Made by a program: the position numbers and the translations under genes. DNA of 64,000 nucleotides from the human T2T-CHM13v2.0 reference genome, Homo sapiens, in assembly GCF_009914755.1 (NCBI RefSeq), contig NC_060935.1; one strand, 5' to 3'. The notes below the pieces were generated by a model. That model had not been told where the DNA came from and did not search any database. It was given only the letters and a program-made list of their open reading frames with translations. This document shows, piece after piece, positions 25,169-40,135 of the stretch (position 1 is the stretch's first letter; each line of letters starts with the position of its first letter).

Positions 25169-25566
25169 TGATACAGTTTCAGATGTCATGTTGAATTCTA
25201 ATCCCCAATGTTGGAAGTGGGGCCTGGTGGGAGGTGACTGAATCATGGGGGCAGATTTCTAATGAATGGTTTATCACCATCATCTTGGTGCTGTCTTTGT
25301 GATAGTGAGTTCTCGTGAGACCTGGTTGTTGTAAAGCAGGTGGCACCTCCCCCTCACTCTCTCACTTGCTTCTGCTTTCTGCCTACTCCCCCTTCACTTT
25401 CCTCCATGAGTGTAAGCTTCCTGAGGCCTCCCTAGAAGCTAGGCAGATGCCAGCATCATGCTCCGTGTAAAGCCTGCAGAACCATAAGCCAATTAAACTT
25501 TTTTCTTTATAAATTGCGCAGTCTCAAGTGTTTCTTTATAACAACACAAGAATAGCCCAGTACGCA
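25169..25566 (+). mobile_element. MSTB-like MaLR solo LTR
   Basis: TGATA... start; cccaatgttggaagtggggcctggtgggaggtg; gtaagcttcctgaggcctcc; imperfect 5-bp TSD cctcc/tctcc. Confidence 0.85.
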
Positions 25567-26803
25567 TCTCCACTTGCCCTGCAAAGGAAAAACAGTGTAT
25601 CAATGAATTCACCTGAGATGGTTCTCTCATAAGCAGGTATCAGTTAACCTCAGGATTTACATCCACTATCCATCTTTACTTTTTGGAAAATAACAAATAC
25701 CCTAAACAGAGAAGTATAAGATCAGGTCCGGAGGAAGGGCCTATTCAGAAGAGTTGCAGAATATTGCCACTTTGCATTGTAGGGATTTGGAGGACAGAAT
25801 AGGAGTGGATTCTAAGGGTATTTGACCAAAAGGGGTTACATCAGATAAGGCAGGCATACTCACAGAAAATGTGAGTTAATGTGTTGGCCTGAGAATCTGG
25901 GAATGGTGATAAGTCTGTCACATTGGTTAACTAAAACCTAAACTCAGTGGTGGCCTACAGTCAACTGTGTTGAAATGTTAGAACTTTCCTGACTGAAAGA
26001 GTCCAGAGTCTTAGGAAGACAGGAATGCGGATCTGTTCTTTGCTAATCTGCTCATTCATCCTCTGAGGGATGGGCTTAGAAGACCATCACTTCACCAAGG
26101 ATGTTTTTTTAAATCCATTAGTAAAGGAGTACCTTGAAAAGCCTTGTGGTATCATCTCTGTAGATCAAAGATGCTGCAGTGAATTTAGGTTACTTGTTTT
26201 CAATGGGAATAATGCGATTCCAGAATTGTTGAGATCATGAGATGGTACTTGAGAGTAATAATCAAAGGGTCTTGTGCCACAGGGGTTTCTGGTGATGGTT
26301 CATTGATCACAGGGTCTCTAGGAGTAGATTAAATGGGCAGCCTGCAAGGATCTGTTTGACACATTAACAGAAAATTTCTAGGTCTGGTGGACAGACACTT
26401 GACTGAAATCACTGTGAGGATGATCCACTGCTGCTTTAATTTTTTAAAGAACTTAGCCATTTTATAGACTTAGGATCTCTTAATGAAGGGGGTAGCTAGA
26501 TCCTTTTGACAAAGAATCCTGCAATGCAGTCACAAGTATACAAGAGAAATCTTCTCCCAATCTTTTCTAGGGACACCTGTGTCCATTTACCATGGTGATT
26601 TTTCACCGGGGAAAGAGAAATACGAAGAACTTCTGGGGCCTGTTAGATACTGGTTCTGAATTGATAATAGTGAGCCCAAACTGCGTCTGTGTTGCCTTGT
26701 CAAAGTGGAAGCTATAGACATCAGGGAAAATGCAGTCTTGGCCTGAGTCCATCTCATAATGTGGTTATTTCCCCAGTTTCACTTGAATAGTGGAATAAAT
26801 ACA

Positions 26804-27087
26804 CGGTTGTCTCTCAGTATCTGTGGGGGTTGGTTGCAGGACCCCCCTCAGATACAAAATCCATGGGTGCTTAAGACCCTTATATAATGGCATAGTATTT
26901 GCACATCCTAAGCCCATCCTCTCAGCTACTTGAAATCCTCTCTAGATCACTTACAATACGTAATTATTGTTGTACTCTATTGTTTTCCTAATGTATATTA
27001 TTTTTATTGTTGTATTGTGTTTTAAATTTTGAACAGTTGTTGGCTGAATCCACAGTTGCGACCCCTACAGATAGAGAGGGCCAACTG
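26804..27087 (+). mobile_element. MER2 (Tigger-type MITE)
   Basis: ctcagtatctgtgggg...ggttgcaggacccc...; ends gagggccaactg|ta. Confidence 0.85.
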
Positions 27088-28089
27088 TACTTACTAATTT
27101 GCAGGTGCCCCACATTGGTTCCTTTCCCTGCGAGGTGAAAATTGTGGTAGCAAGGACCAAGTGGAAGCCCCTAGAACCGCTCATCCCTGCCTCCAGCTAA
27201 GGCAGTGAGCCAAGTAATACTGCATCCCTAAAGGAACTGCAGAGATTAGTGCCACAATCAGACACTTGAAAGATGTAGAGGGGTGATGTGGATGTTTTCA
27301 CTCCAAACTTCCTAATTTTCCCTGGCCTGGGAGTGGCATGGATGCTGTTCTTGTTCCTTAGGTACACTGTCAGACAATTCTCCTTCCTTCCTCACATCAT
27401 CAATCTATGCCACCCACCATCTCTTAGTGCAGTCATCTCTTCATCCAGTGTTACTTGCCCACATCCCCATTGAGCTTACCTGTTTGGCTAAGGCAAAATA
27501 TTAGTCTTGGGAAATGACTGTAGATTATTGAAATTTAATCAGATAGTGATGTCAATTTTGGGTGTTGTTACTGGAACAAGTCAACACAACCCATGGGACC
27601 TCAAATGAAATTGTTCACTTAGCAAATGCTTTCTTTTTAATTCCTATCAGCAAAGAAACTCAAAAGCAATATATCTTCATATGACAGAGACAGCAGTCAC
27701 TGTTTTGTAGCTCTCGGGTTCTCTATCACAATGTAGTCAAGAGGGGCCTTGATCCATTACACTGATAGCATTCTGTTTTCTGGTGACCTTGGTGGTAAGA
27801 CACATGCATGCCAGAAGATAGGAGATAAATGCTGTAAAAGTTCAGAGGCTTGACATAGGGAATAAAGGAATATTCCCTCTAAAATGAAAGGGGTTGCATC
27901 GTTTTGCACCAAACACAATAAATAGAGCAGCATAATGCTTGATGAGCTTCTATGAATTTTTGAAGGCAAAATAACTATGTCTGATCTGTTGCTATAATCC
28001 ACTTACCTGGTAGCTCCTAAGGCTGCCTGTTTGGAGGGGAGCCATGTATCTGTGAAAATTCTGTCAGGCCAATGGAGGCACTACAAATG

Positions 28090-30636
28090 TAACAGGTAAT
28101 TTTACCTCTGACCACTGCTTACCTTTATGTTAGTTCTTCCTCATCCTCTCAAATCATTGAACATTCCAAATCTTGGTCCTCATAGCTCATCACTTTTCTA
28201 TTAATACTTATTCCCTTGGTGATCTCATTCATTCTCAAGCTTCAAGTACTATCCATATGCTGATGCCTCCCAAATATTTAATGTCTGTCCACACCTCTCA
28301 AGACCTCTTACCTGCCTCCAGTCTCAGATTTCCAGATGCCTACACATGTCCTCTTGATATCCACTGGTAGCTTGCACATAATACGTTTGAAAGTAAGTTC
28401 TTACTAGGCATTCCCCACCCCTTCTTACCCAAACCTCTACCATCCCTGGGATCATTTGTCCCTCTGTCCTTCTGTCTTCCTCCATCTCAGTATATGGGAT
28501 CTTCATCCTTCCAGCCACTTGGACTCAAATCCATGGAATCATCCTCTTTTCTCTCCTACTCCACACATATGCTTCTTTCTTATACACAGTACTTGAGTAC
28601 TTCTTTCAACACACAATACTTGAGCAAAACTGTCAGTTCAACCTTCAAACCACACCCAGAGTTGGACCACTCTTCACCATCTCCGCCGCTCCTCACCTGG
28701 TCCAGGCCACCACTGCCTCACCTGGGTGATTGCCACGGTCTCCCCAATGGACTCCCTACTTCCAGTCTTTCCCCCTTCAGTATATTCTCCGCATTGCAGC
28801 CATCTCCCTCACAGTAAAAGCCAGAGTCTTTCTAACAAGCATAGTAGCCTACATGATCTGGCCTCTGTTGCTCCCTACTGTACTATTCTCTTTCTCATTC
28901 TCATTTCCTACTCTTATTCTCACTTCCTATTAGGTCGGTGCAAAAGCAATTGCAGTTTCAGACCGTGAATTTTAAATCATTATAACTAAGCTCAGACACA
29001 TCTTTATTAATCAAAGTAGGAACCATTACAATCAACACAGTTTTGCCAGTGAGAAATAAGTTTATTCCTGTAGCATAAAAATCCATGCTTCAGGATTTGA
29101 CAAACTCTTGGAAAGAATTTTCTGCATCCTGCTGGTTCTGGGAGCGTTTTCCCTGCAAAAAGTGGTGGTTGGTTGGCAAGAGCTCAGGTGAATATGGCAG
29201 ATGAGGCAAAATTTCATAGCCCAATTTGTTCAACTTTTGAAGCATTGGTTATGCGATGGGCAGTCAGGCGTTGTTGTGAAGAAGAATTGAGCCTTTTCTG
29301 TGGGCCGATGCTGGCTGCAGGAGTTGCAGTTTTCGATGCATCTCATCGATTTGCTGGGCATAATTCTCAGATGTAATGGTTCTGCAGGATTCAGAAAGTT
29401 GTAGTGGATCAGACCGGCAAGAGACCACCAAACAGTGACCGGGACCTTTTTGTTTTGCAAGTTTGGCTTTGGGAAGTGTTTTGGAGCTTCTTGTTGATCC
29501 AGCCACTGAGCTGGTCATCACCAGTTAACATATAAAATCCACTTTTCGTCTCACATCACAATCCGATCAAGAAACGGTTTGTTGTTTTTGCGTAAAATAA
29601 GAGAAGACACTTTTAAAAACTTTTTATTTTCAGTTAGCTCATGAGGCACCCACTTACTGAGATTTTTCACCTTTCCAATTTTCTTCAAATGCTGAATGAC
29701 TGTAGCATGGTCGACGTTGAGTTCTTCGGCAACTTCTTGTGGAGTTTTAAGAGGGTTCGATGGTTGCTCTCAATTGGTCGTTGTCAACTTCCAATGGCTG
29801 GCCGGTACACTCCTCATCTTCAAGGCTCTCGTCTCCTTTGCAAAACTTCTTGAACCACCACTGCACTGTACATTCATTAGCAGTTCCTGGGCCATATGTG
29901 TTGCTGATATTGCGAGTTGTCTTTGCTGCTTTACAACCCATTTTGAACTCGAATAAGAAAACGCTCGAATTTGCTCTTTGTCTAACATCGTTTCCACAGT
30001 CTAAAATAAACATAAATAAACAGCAAGTAATAAGTCATTAGCAAAAAAAAAAGCGAGAAATGCCCGTTAAAATGATATATAACATAACTACATTTATTTA
30101 AGAATATATTCCAATATCAACAGCGCAAAAACCACAATTACTTTTGCACTCAACTAATACTATTCTCCCTATCTTCACTTTACTGCAACCACACTGGAAT
30201 CCTCCCTGTTCCTTGAATATACTAGGCACAGTCCTACTTCAGGTCTCTACATTTGCTGTCCCTTTGTCTGGAATGTTCTTCTCCCAGATACTCGCATGGT
30301 TCACCCCTTACTTCCATCAGATCTTTATTTGACAGTCATCTCCTTAGTGACTACCCCCGGACACTCTAAAATTGTACATCATTCTGTTTCCCATCCCCAA
30401 CACTCCAGATCTAGGTTCTCTGCTTTATTTTCCCTGTGGGGCTTAACCACAATCAAACGCACCATACATTTTAGTGTCTTCATTATTGTATGTCTCAGCT
30501 CCAGTCCTTGCCAGACTATAAGATCCAAGGAAGACAGGGATTTAAACTAGTTTTGTTTACTCCTATTTCCCCATGGTCTTATAACAGTGCCTAGCTCATA
30601 TAAAGGCTCAATAACTATTTGTTGAATGAATGAATG
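28090..30636 (+). mobile_element. L2 3' portion split by Hsmar1
   Basis: L2 RT remnant (ccatatgctgatgcctcccaaat) before 28927, resumes after 30160 and ends tatttgttgaatgaatgaatg. Confidence 0.75.
28930..30157 (-). mobile_element. Near-full-length Hsmar1 mariner with defective transposase
   Basis: TIR TTAGGTCGGTGCAAAAGCAATTGC and its inverted partner; TA TSDs at 28928-29 and 30158-59; transposase fragments (ETMLDKEQIRA, FLFEFKMG, TVQWWFKKFCKGDESLED, LLHNNA) spread over several frames; start codon now GTG. Confidence 0.95.
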
Positions 30637-30644
30637 CTGTGGTT

Positions 30645-31031
30645 TTGTTTTAGTTGTCTAGGGCTACCATAACAAAGTACCACAGACTATGTGGCTTAAA
30701 CAGAAATTTATCTCCTCACAGTCCCGAAGGGCTAGAAGTCTGAGATTAGGGTGTCAGTAGGGTCGGTTTCTTCTGAGACCTCTCTCCTTGGTTTGTAGAT
30801 GACCCTCCTCTCCCCCTCTCCCTGTGTTTCTGCATGGTCTTTATGTTGATCTGTGTCTTCATCTCTTCTTACGAGGACACCAGTCATATTAGATTAGTGC
30901 CCACCCTAATGACATCATTTAACCCTAATTACCCCTTAATTATCTTATGTCCAAATACTGGCACATTCTGAGATACTAGGGATTAGGACTTCAACATATG
31001 AATTTGGGGTGACAAAATTCATCCCACAACA
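30645..31031 (-). mobile_element. MLT1B-like MaLR LTR
   Basis: agggctaccataacaaagtaccacagact...ggtttcttctgagacctctctccttgg...ggattaggacttcaacatatgaattt. Confidence 0.8.
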
Positions 31032-31155
31032 TGTCTCTACCCCTATGACATAATTATTCACTTTCTCAGATGGATTATTTATTTCCCCATTCTCTCTATT
31101 TGCTCACATAATGCTAATCTCTTTCTTTCTTTGCCAATATTCCAATTTTCAAGTA

Positions 31156-32671
<1,516 letters not shown>

Positions 32672-34237
32672 TATATATTTCTATATTTATTTGTATAAAA
32701 TCTCTGTCTTCCTTCCACCTTTGGACTCTTAAGTTCCAGGCATTCTGTTAACACTTGACTAATATTCTTAATTTAAACATCATAGCCACACTACAAAGTA
32801 AGCACCGTTACTTGTATTTCAAGAATGTAAAATCTGAGGCCCAAGGAAATTAGACAATTTTTCAGAGGTCATATTAACTCATAAATGATGTCATTCTGAT
32901 TTTAATTTAGTTTCCACAGACTCAAAAGCACATTCTTTTATATCTATACCACATTGTCATCAAGATGAATGGTGAAAATCATACTTCTGCCTTATATGTT
33001 GTGAGTGAAGCTGCCCTTGAAGGAAGTCTCCTGTTTCAGGAAATGAGATTAAGTTTAGATTCTGAATAATTATCCCCATAAATTGAATTTGGATGTTATA
33101 TTTATATTTTTTACTACTGCAATTTGTATAGTCCTTGATGATCATTTAAATTTATTCTGCACAATTTAACAATTAAAAAATATTAAAAGTTGTTTCCTTA
33201 TGAAAGTGTCAGAATTACACAATGAATTAATAATGTTGAAGCAACGGCTATAATTTTATACTAAAATGTAAAGGAAAAAGCCATTGCTTTTGTTTTTTTT
33301 GTTTGTTTGTTTTTTGTTTGTTTGTTTATTTCATTGCTTTTGTTAAAACAGTGTAACATATGTTCTTGATAAAAATGCCAGGGCTTTATTGGTGAAAACC
33401 GTAGTAGGCTTTGAAAGCCAGTTACTTATAATTAAGTGAATATCATTGTCTCTTTGGGTGTAGATGATTGTTTAAAATAGAAATTTTTTTATTGATTTTA
33501 TATTTTAGAAAGAGCTTTGCTTTAAAATATATATCATGTTGGCAATGAAAAACTTAATTCCAGTGGATACCAGTTGTGAAATCATTAAGTTGATAAAAAA
33601 ATAGCTGTCCATAATTTTGATATACAAATAGAAATACTATAGGTCATAGTGCAACTACTTATAACTGTTGAACTCTGGTTTTTATTTTGCATTTCCAAAC
33701 AAACTGTTGCTCAGAGTTTGTGGATGATGATCTAGTGGCCATTTAATGGTAGTTTTTAAATTGGTGTCAAGAGGTGGAAGGGCAGAGATGGTGCTTTCAT
33801 TGACTCTTAAGTATAAGGAAAATGTTACTGGTTTTTTATTTCTGTGTATATGAAGCTCCTAAAAATAAAAGGTTAGAGCATTTTATCCAAATAAATATCT
33901 TTTCAGAGCATATGAACACTGTGAAGGAGCTAAAGACTTAGATAATAATCAATACCTGTGAAATCTGATATTAATTTAGGGATTTAAAATAGACCTGTAG
34001 ACAGTGAAACATTTGCAGTGAATGATAATTGAAACAAAGAAATACTCTGAATTTTCAAGTATAAATTCCTGTTGTTTTCCTAGGAACCCCTCATATATAA
34101 ATGAGTGCAGTTGGTCATGAAGTTGACTGAAAACATTAATCACTTAGTAACATGGAAGAGGTAAGCATAATCTGATGAAATTCGGTTTATATCATTGTTG
34201 GAGACCTATTTTATTTAACAATCAAAGAATTAATATG

Positions 34238-34363
34238 AGCCAAGCTCAGTGGTGCACATCTGTAGTCCCAGCTACTCTGGAGACTGAGGCAGGAGAATCC
34301 CTTGAGCCCAGGAGTTAGAGGCCAACCTGGACAATATATCAAGACACTCTCAGAAAAAAAAAA
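34238..34363 (+). mobile_element. FLAM_A-like Alu monomer
   Basis: Single monomer with A tail; degenerate TSD aaagaattaatatga / aaaaatttaatttga. Confidence 0.75.
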
Positions 34364-35070
34364 TTTAATTTGAGGTATTTTTCTTTTATTTGAATATTCA
34401 AGATAAAGCTGTGCATCTTGAAACATATGAATTAAAGCCATTTTAAAGCTGAGATAGGCTAGAAAAGCCTTATCCTGGAATCTTAATAAAGGTAGTCATT
34501 TGAGAAAGAAAAGTGTAGATGAATAAATACAATCCCTTGAGGACAATATTCATGTGGAAAAGAATTTCCAGATTTGTAAAAAATAATGGCATGTAATTTT
34601 GCGTTAAGGACACAGCATTCCTGCATTTGTATTTGCAGAAATCAGTGTTCAAATATCAAATACATCATTTGTCAAAATTGCCTTTTGCAAAACTGACATC
34701 CTTTCAACTTTGGGCATGATTAATTTACTAAGGGAAAAAATACTTACTTCTCCCTGGACTTTAACCACATTTGTATTTAGAATTATCATTAAAAATGGTA
34801 TTTCTCAAAAAAAGTTGACAGGTCAAGATAGATATACTCATGTAGCTATCAAATAGAAAACTGTTCCCAAAGCAATTATTTCAATTTTATAGAAAAAAAT
34901 GACATTTTCATTCCTAGTTTACTTATGTTTTATCCCAGTCACTTGTATTTCATACTACTTTTAGGGTATGTGTGAAACGTGCAGTATTTGATCACTTAAA
35001 AGCCTAATTTAGGAGGCATCAGCCAGAAACAGGTGCAATATATTGCGTCCAAAGTAATTGTGCAGATTTT

Positions 35071-35233
35071 TCATCATGAGAAATGGTTGCTTTATTTCAA
35101 ATAGATTTTCTTTCCTCTTTTCTCTATTTCTTACATGCCATGTTGTAAGAGAATATTTTCTTTCTGCTGACCTTGAGGCAGGGCAAGAACAAACTTTTCT
35201 TTCAGAGCACAAGAGTTCATTTATGTGAGGTAC
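35071..35233 (-). ncRNA. Candidate terminal exon of a minus-strand spliced lncRNA
   Basis: Minus strand: CTAAC branch point (35255-35259), tggctttcttaattttcctag| acceptor, AATAAA at 35096-35091; 3' end estimated. Confidence 0.5.
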
Positions 35234-35399
35234 CTAGGAAAATTAAGAAAGCCAGTTAGATAAGCTTAATGGGAACTCATGATGGGTTCAGATTTTTCAA
35301 CATTTCTTTAGGAAACTTTTTATTTGCCAGTTTCGTTTTACAGGGTGAACTATATGTCCTGATTCTAAGAAGACATTATAGGTACCACCACATGGTCTG

Positions 35400-37441
35400 T
35401 ATATCCACCAATACAATTTTCAGTCTGTCCTGTTCATACTTTCCAGAACTGTCTTTCTTGCAAACCAAATTAAATTGTGCCATTGTCTTCCCTGAAAAAC
35501 AGGGTTTTAGCTCTCTCTTATCCTGTAGGTTCAAGTATAAAGTCCTTAATATGGCTTACAACACTCCAGTTACAAACCTCCTCCAAATCTTCACTTCTCA
35601 ACTTTATTTCACTATTCCACTCCTTAGGTATACTTGCTCCTCATTGACTTTCAGACCCCTAAATCCATTTACCCTCTGCTTTTTCTGTACTTGTCCTTCC
35701 CAGCTGATTGCTCTCATTTCAATTCATGACCCAATATTAAATGGTTTGTAGTGCTGCCCCACAATCATTCCTGGTCCACTCACCCAGATAACTTTTCCAT
35801 ACTTTCCCTTCTCTTCTTCAATTTCTAATACATTCTCCATCTTTGCTTTTTGCTGATTACCTTGCTTCCTATTCCACTGAAAAAGCAGATGTCTCGGAAG
35901 AGAATTTCCCCAAGCTTCCTCCATCACATCCACCCACCTTGCTACATCTGTGCCCAGGCAGTGTGCCTTCCCTCCTGCCACTAGAGAGGAATGTCCACAC
36001 TCCTGTCTAAGCCCAGCCCCTTGATTTGGACACTAGATTCATTCCCTCTACTCCGGATGGTACTTTGGAAAATCTCACCTCTTTGGCACATCAATTTCCC
36101 GTCAATTATGGCATCATTCCCAGAAACATAAACATGTTGTTACTTTTCTCATCTTAAAAAGAAATCCTCTCCTTTTTTCACCAAACTGATGCTTTTTTAA
36201 AAAGAGAAAGAGAGAAGAAAGAGAGAAAGAGAGAGAGAAAGAAAAAGAGAGAGATAGAAGAAGAAAGAGAAAGAGAGAGAAAGAAAGAGAGAGAAAGAAA
36301 GAGAGAGAGAAAGAAAGAAAGGAAAGAAAGAAAGAAAAAGAGAAAAGAAAGAAAAGAAAGAAAGAATCCTCTTTCACTCCATCCTTCCCTCTTGGATACT
36401 GTACCATATTTCAGTTTCCCTTTTCTGCAAAAACTGGAGATGACTTCATCATCTACAGTTCTTCTTATCTATTATAATAATTCTAAAACCAACTCAAATC
36501 AGGCCTCATTGACCACTGATACTTCTTTTTTCAAAGTCACCAAAGACTTCCATGTTGCTAAGTCCTTTGGGCAGTTCTCAGTCCTCATCTTACTTGACCT
36601 ATCAGCAGCATTTAACTCACTGTAAATGCTTTCTTTTTTGATACAGCATCTTCACTTTTAGGATACTACTTCAAGTTTTTTTTTTTCTCATTGGTCAGTT
36701 TTTCTCAGTCTCCTTTGCTAATTCCATTTATCTCCCCAAACCCTAAATGTTGGCAGGTCCTAGATCCAGTCCTCAGATCTCTACTCTTTCTACACTCATT
36801 CTCTTTAAATACATTTATACATTGATTATCACCAAATCTATGTCTCTGGTCCAGAGCTCTCCCCTGAACTCTAGGCTCATATATCTCTCTATTTGACATC
36901 TTCACTTGGACGTCTAAAAAGTATCTCAAATACATTATGTCCCAAAATGAAATCTTCATTTCCTTAAAATCTGTTAATTCCACAGTTATGTCTCCATGGT
37001 AAAAATAAATTCTATTTTTTCAGATGCTTGAGTTAAAAATCTTGGAGTTTCCTTTACTCTTCCCTTTCTTGCATACCCCACCCTCACATCCAATCTGTCA
37101 GCAAGTACTGTTGGCCTTTTATTTGAAATATATCTAAATCAGACCACTTTTCATCACCTCGACAATTACCACTGTGGTCCAAGCCACCATCATTCTTCAT
37201 CTAGAATGTTGCGACAGCCTTGTCAGTTGTTTCCTTATTTTTGCCTCTCTAACTCACTATTTTATTTTTTAATACATAAACCAGAATGCTTTTTTTTTCT
37301 TTTTTAACTTAGGTCTGATTATCTGATTCCTCCACTTAAAAAGCTCCGTGGTCTTCCAACTCTGTTATATTAAAAACCAAGATCATGCCCTTGCTCATCA
37401 GAAAAATAAAAAAAGGCCCCAACCCAAGGTCATTACCATGA
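35400..37441 (+). mobile_element. L2 fragments (continue after HERV-L at 40673-41160)
   Basis: L2 ORF2/3' motifs (ccatgttgctaagtcc...cttacttgacctatcagcagcattt; ggtccaagccaccatcatt); tail aataaatatttgttgaa near 41150. Confidence 0.75.
36199..36366. repeat. GA-rich polypurine tract, (GA)n/(GAAA)n
   Basis: ~168 bp of purines with a single T. Confidence 0.9.
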
Positions 37442-40135
37442 GCCTAGTGTGCCTAATTGGATTTTGGAGGCAACACATTCCTCATTTGGGTGTGTTACTC
37501 CAGCCCATTTATCGAATGACCCAAAAAGCTGCCAGTTTTGAGTGGGGTCTAGAACAGGAGAAGTCTCTGCAACAGGTCCAGGCTGCTGTGCAAGCTGCTC
37601 TGCCACTTGGGCTATATGACATAGCAGAGCCAATGGTGCTTGAGGTGCCAGTGGCAGATAGGGATGCTGTTTGTAGCCTTTGGCAGGCCCCCATAGGTGA
37701 ATCATAGCAGAGGCCTCTAGGATTCTGGAGCAAGGCCCTGCCATCATCTTCTGCAGGTAACTACTCTCCTTTTGAGAGACAGCTCTTGGCCTGTTACTGG
37801 GCTTTGGTAGAAACTGAACGTTTGACTATGGGTCATCAAGTCACCATGCAACCTGAACTGCCTATCATGAACTGAGTGCTTTCTGACACATCTGGTCATA
37901 AAGCGGGATGTGCATGGTAGCATTCCATCATCAAATGAAAGTGGCATGTACGTGATTGGGCTTGAGCAGGTCCTGAGGGCACAAGTAAGTTACATGAGGA
38001 AGTGGCTCAAATGCCCATGGTCCCCAATCCTGCCACCCTGCCTTCTCCCCACTAGCCTACACCAGTGGCCTCATGGGGAGTTCCCAATGCTGAGGTGACA
38101 GATGAAGAGAAGACTAGGGCCTGGTTCGCAGATGGTTCTGCATGATATGCGGGCACCACCTGAAGTGGACAGCTGCAGCACTACAGCCCCTTTCTAGGAC
38201 ATCCCTGAAGGACAGCAGTGAAGGGAAATCTTCCCATTGGGCAGAACTTCGAGCAGCGAACCTCATTGTGCACTTTGCATGGAAGGAGAAACGGCCAGAT
38301 GTGTGATGATATGCTGATTCAAGGACTGTAGCCAATGGTTTGGCTGGATGGTCAGGGACTTGGAAGAAGCATGATTGGAAAATTGGTGACAAAGAAATTT
38401 GGGGAAGAGGTATGTGGATGGGCCTCTCTAAGTGGTCAAAAACTGTGAAGATATTTGTGTCTCCTGTGGGTGCTCACCAAAGGGTGACCTCAGCAAAGGG
38501 GGATTTTAATAAAGTGGATAGGATGACTCATTCTATGGACACTACTCAGCCTCTTTCCCCATCCACCCCTGTCAACACCCAATAGGCCCATGAACAAAGT
38601 GGCCTTGGTGGCAGGGATGGAGGTTACACATGGGCTCAGCAACATGAACTTCCACTCACCAAAGCTGACCTGGCTACAACCACTGCTGAGTGCCCAATTT
38701 GCCAGCAGCAGAGAACAACGCTGAGTCCTCAGTGTGTCACCATTCCTCAGGGTGATCAGCCAGCTACTTGGTGGCAAGTTAACAACATGAAATGATTATA
38801 TTGGACCTCTTCTATCATGGAAAGGACAGTGGTTTGTCCTAACTGGAATAGACAGTTGCTCTAGATATAGCTTTGCCTATCCTGCATTCTATGCTTCTGC
38901 CAAGACTACCATTCATGGACTCATGGAATGCCTTATCCACCATCATGGTGTTTCACATGGCATTGCCTCTGACCAAGGCACTCACTTTATGGCTAAAGAA
39001 GTACAGCAGTGAGCTCATGCTCATGGAATTCACTGGTCTTACTCCATTCCCCATCATTCTGAAGCAGGATGATAGAATGGTGGAATGGCCTTTTGAAATT
39101 ACAACGCCAACTAGGTGACAATATTTTGCAGGGCTGGGACAAAGTTCTCCAGAAGGCTTTGTATGCTCTGAATCAGCATCCAATATACAGTACTGTTTCT
39201 CCTATAGCCAGGATTCACAGGTCCAGGAATCAAGGGGTGGAAGCAGAAGTGGCACCGCTCACCATCACTTCTAGTGACCCACTAGCAAAATTTTTGCTTC
39301 CTGTTCCCACAACATCACATTCTACTGGCCTAGAGGTCTTAGTTGCATTGGGAGGAACGCTGCCACCAGGAGACACAACACTGATTCCATTAAGCTAGAA
39401 GTTAAAATTGCCACCTGGCCACTTTGGGCTCCTTCTACCTCTGTCAACAGGCTAAGAAGGGAGTTACAGTGTTGGCTGAGGTGATTGACCCAGACTATCA
39501 AAATGATATCAGTCTTCTACTCCACAATGGAGGTGAAGAAGAGTATGCGTGGAATACAGGAGATCCCTTACGGTACCTCTTAGTGTTACCATGACCTGTG
39601 ATTAAGGTCAATGGGAAACAACAACAACCCAATCCAGGCAGGACTGCAAATGGCCCCAGACCCTTCAGGAATGAAGGTTTGGTTCACTCCACCAGGTAAA
39701 AAGCCATGACCTGCTGAGGTGCTTGCGAAAGGCAAAGGGAATACAGAATGGGTAGTAGAAGGAGGTTAGGCATCAATACCAGCTACAACCACATGACCAG
39801 TTGCAGAAACGAGAACCATAATTGTCATGAATATTTCCTCCTCCTTTTGTTAAGAACATGTTTGTTCATGTATACACTTGAACTAAAAATATCTCCATCT
39901 TATTTCCTTTCTTTTTCCTTTATCATGTGACATAAGCTTTATTGACTTCATATCAGCATTTAAGTGATGTTAACTTTATGTAATAGTATTTGGGTTGGGG
40001 ATTGGTGCACTTTCGGTTATACAAAGAATAACTGTATTATATTAGGTGTAATTATGACCTTATTATTGTCTTTATTTGAAGATGATGTATGATTTCAGGA
40101 CACGTGTATGGGTTCAAATTGACAAGGGGAGGACT
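37442..40135 (+). mobile_element. HERV-L internal 3' half (RT connection, RNase H, integrase, dUTPase), defective
   Basis: GFWRQHIPHLG, ECPICQQ (integrase Zn finger) at ~38690, VIDPDYQ dUTPase motif at ~39481, polypurine tract gacaaggggaggact before the LTR; multiple stops. Confidence 0.93.

Larger units (their letters stand above)
24521..28085 (+). mobile_element. Decayed ancient ERVL internal region (gag-pro-RT), interrupted by MST LTR and MER2
   Basis: Protease GLLDTGSEL at 26637-26663; RT-like HLANAFFLIPISKETQKQ at ~27616-27669; many stops and frameshifts. Confidence 0.75.

Noticed and set aside
29173-30041. Active mariner transposase or SETMAR-like gene
   Set aside because: Start codon mutated, several frameshifts and deletions, no SET-domain exons nearby
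35269-35751. 160-aa + strand ORF
   Set aside because: Largely overlaps decayed L2 sequence; no recognisable domain
36114-36407. 97-aa F/L/S-rich ORF
   Set aside because: Translation of the GA-rich simple repeat
37433-37747. 104-aa minus-strand ORF
   Set aside because: Antisense frame of HERV-L pol with no recognisable domain
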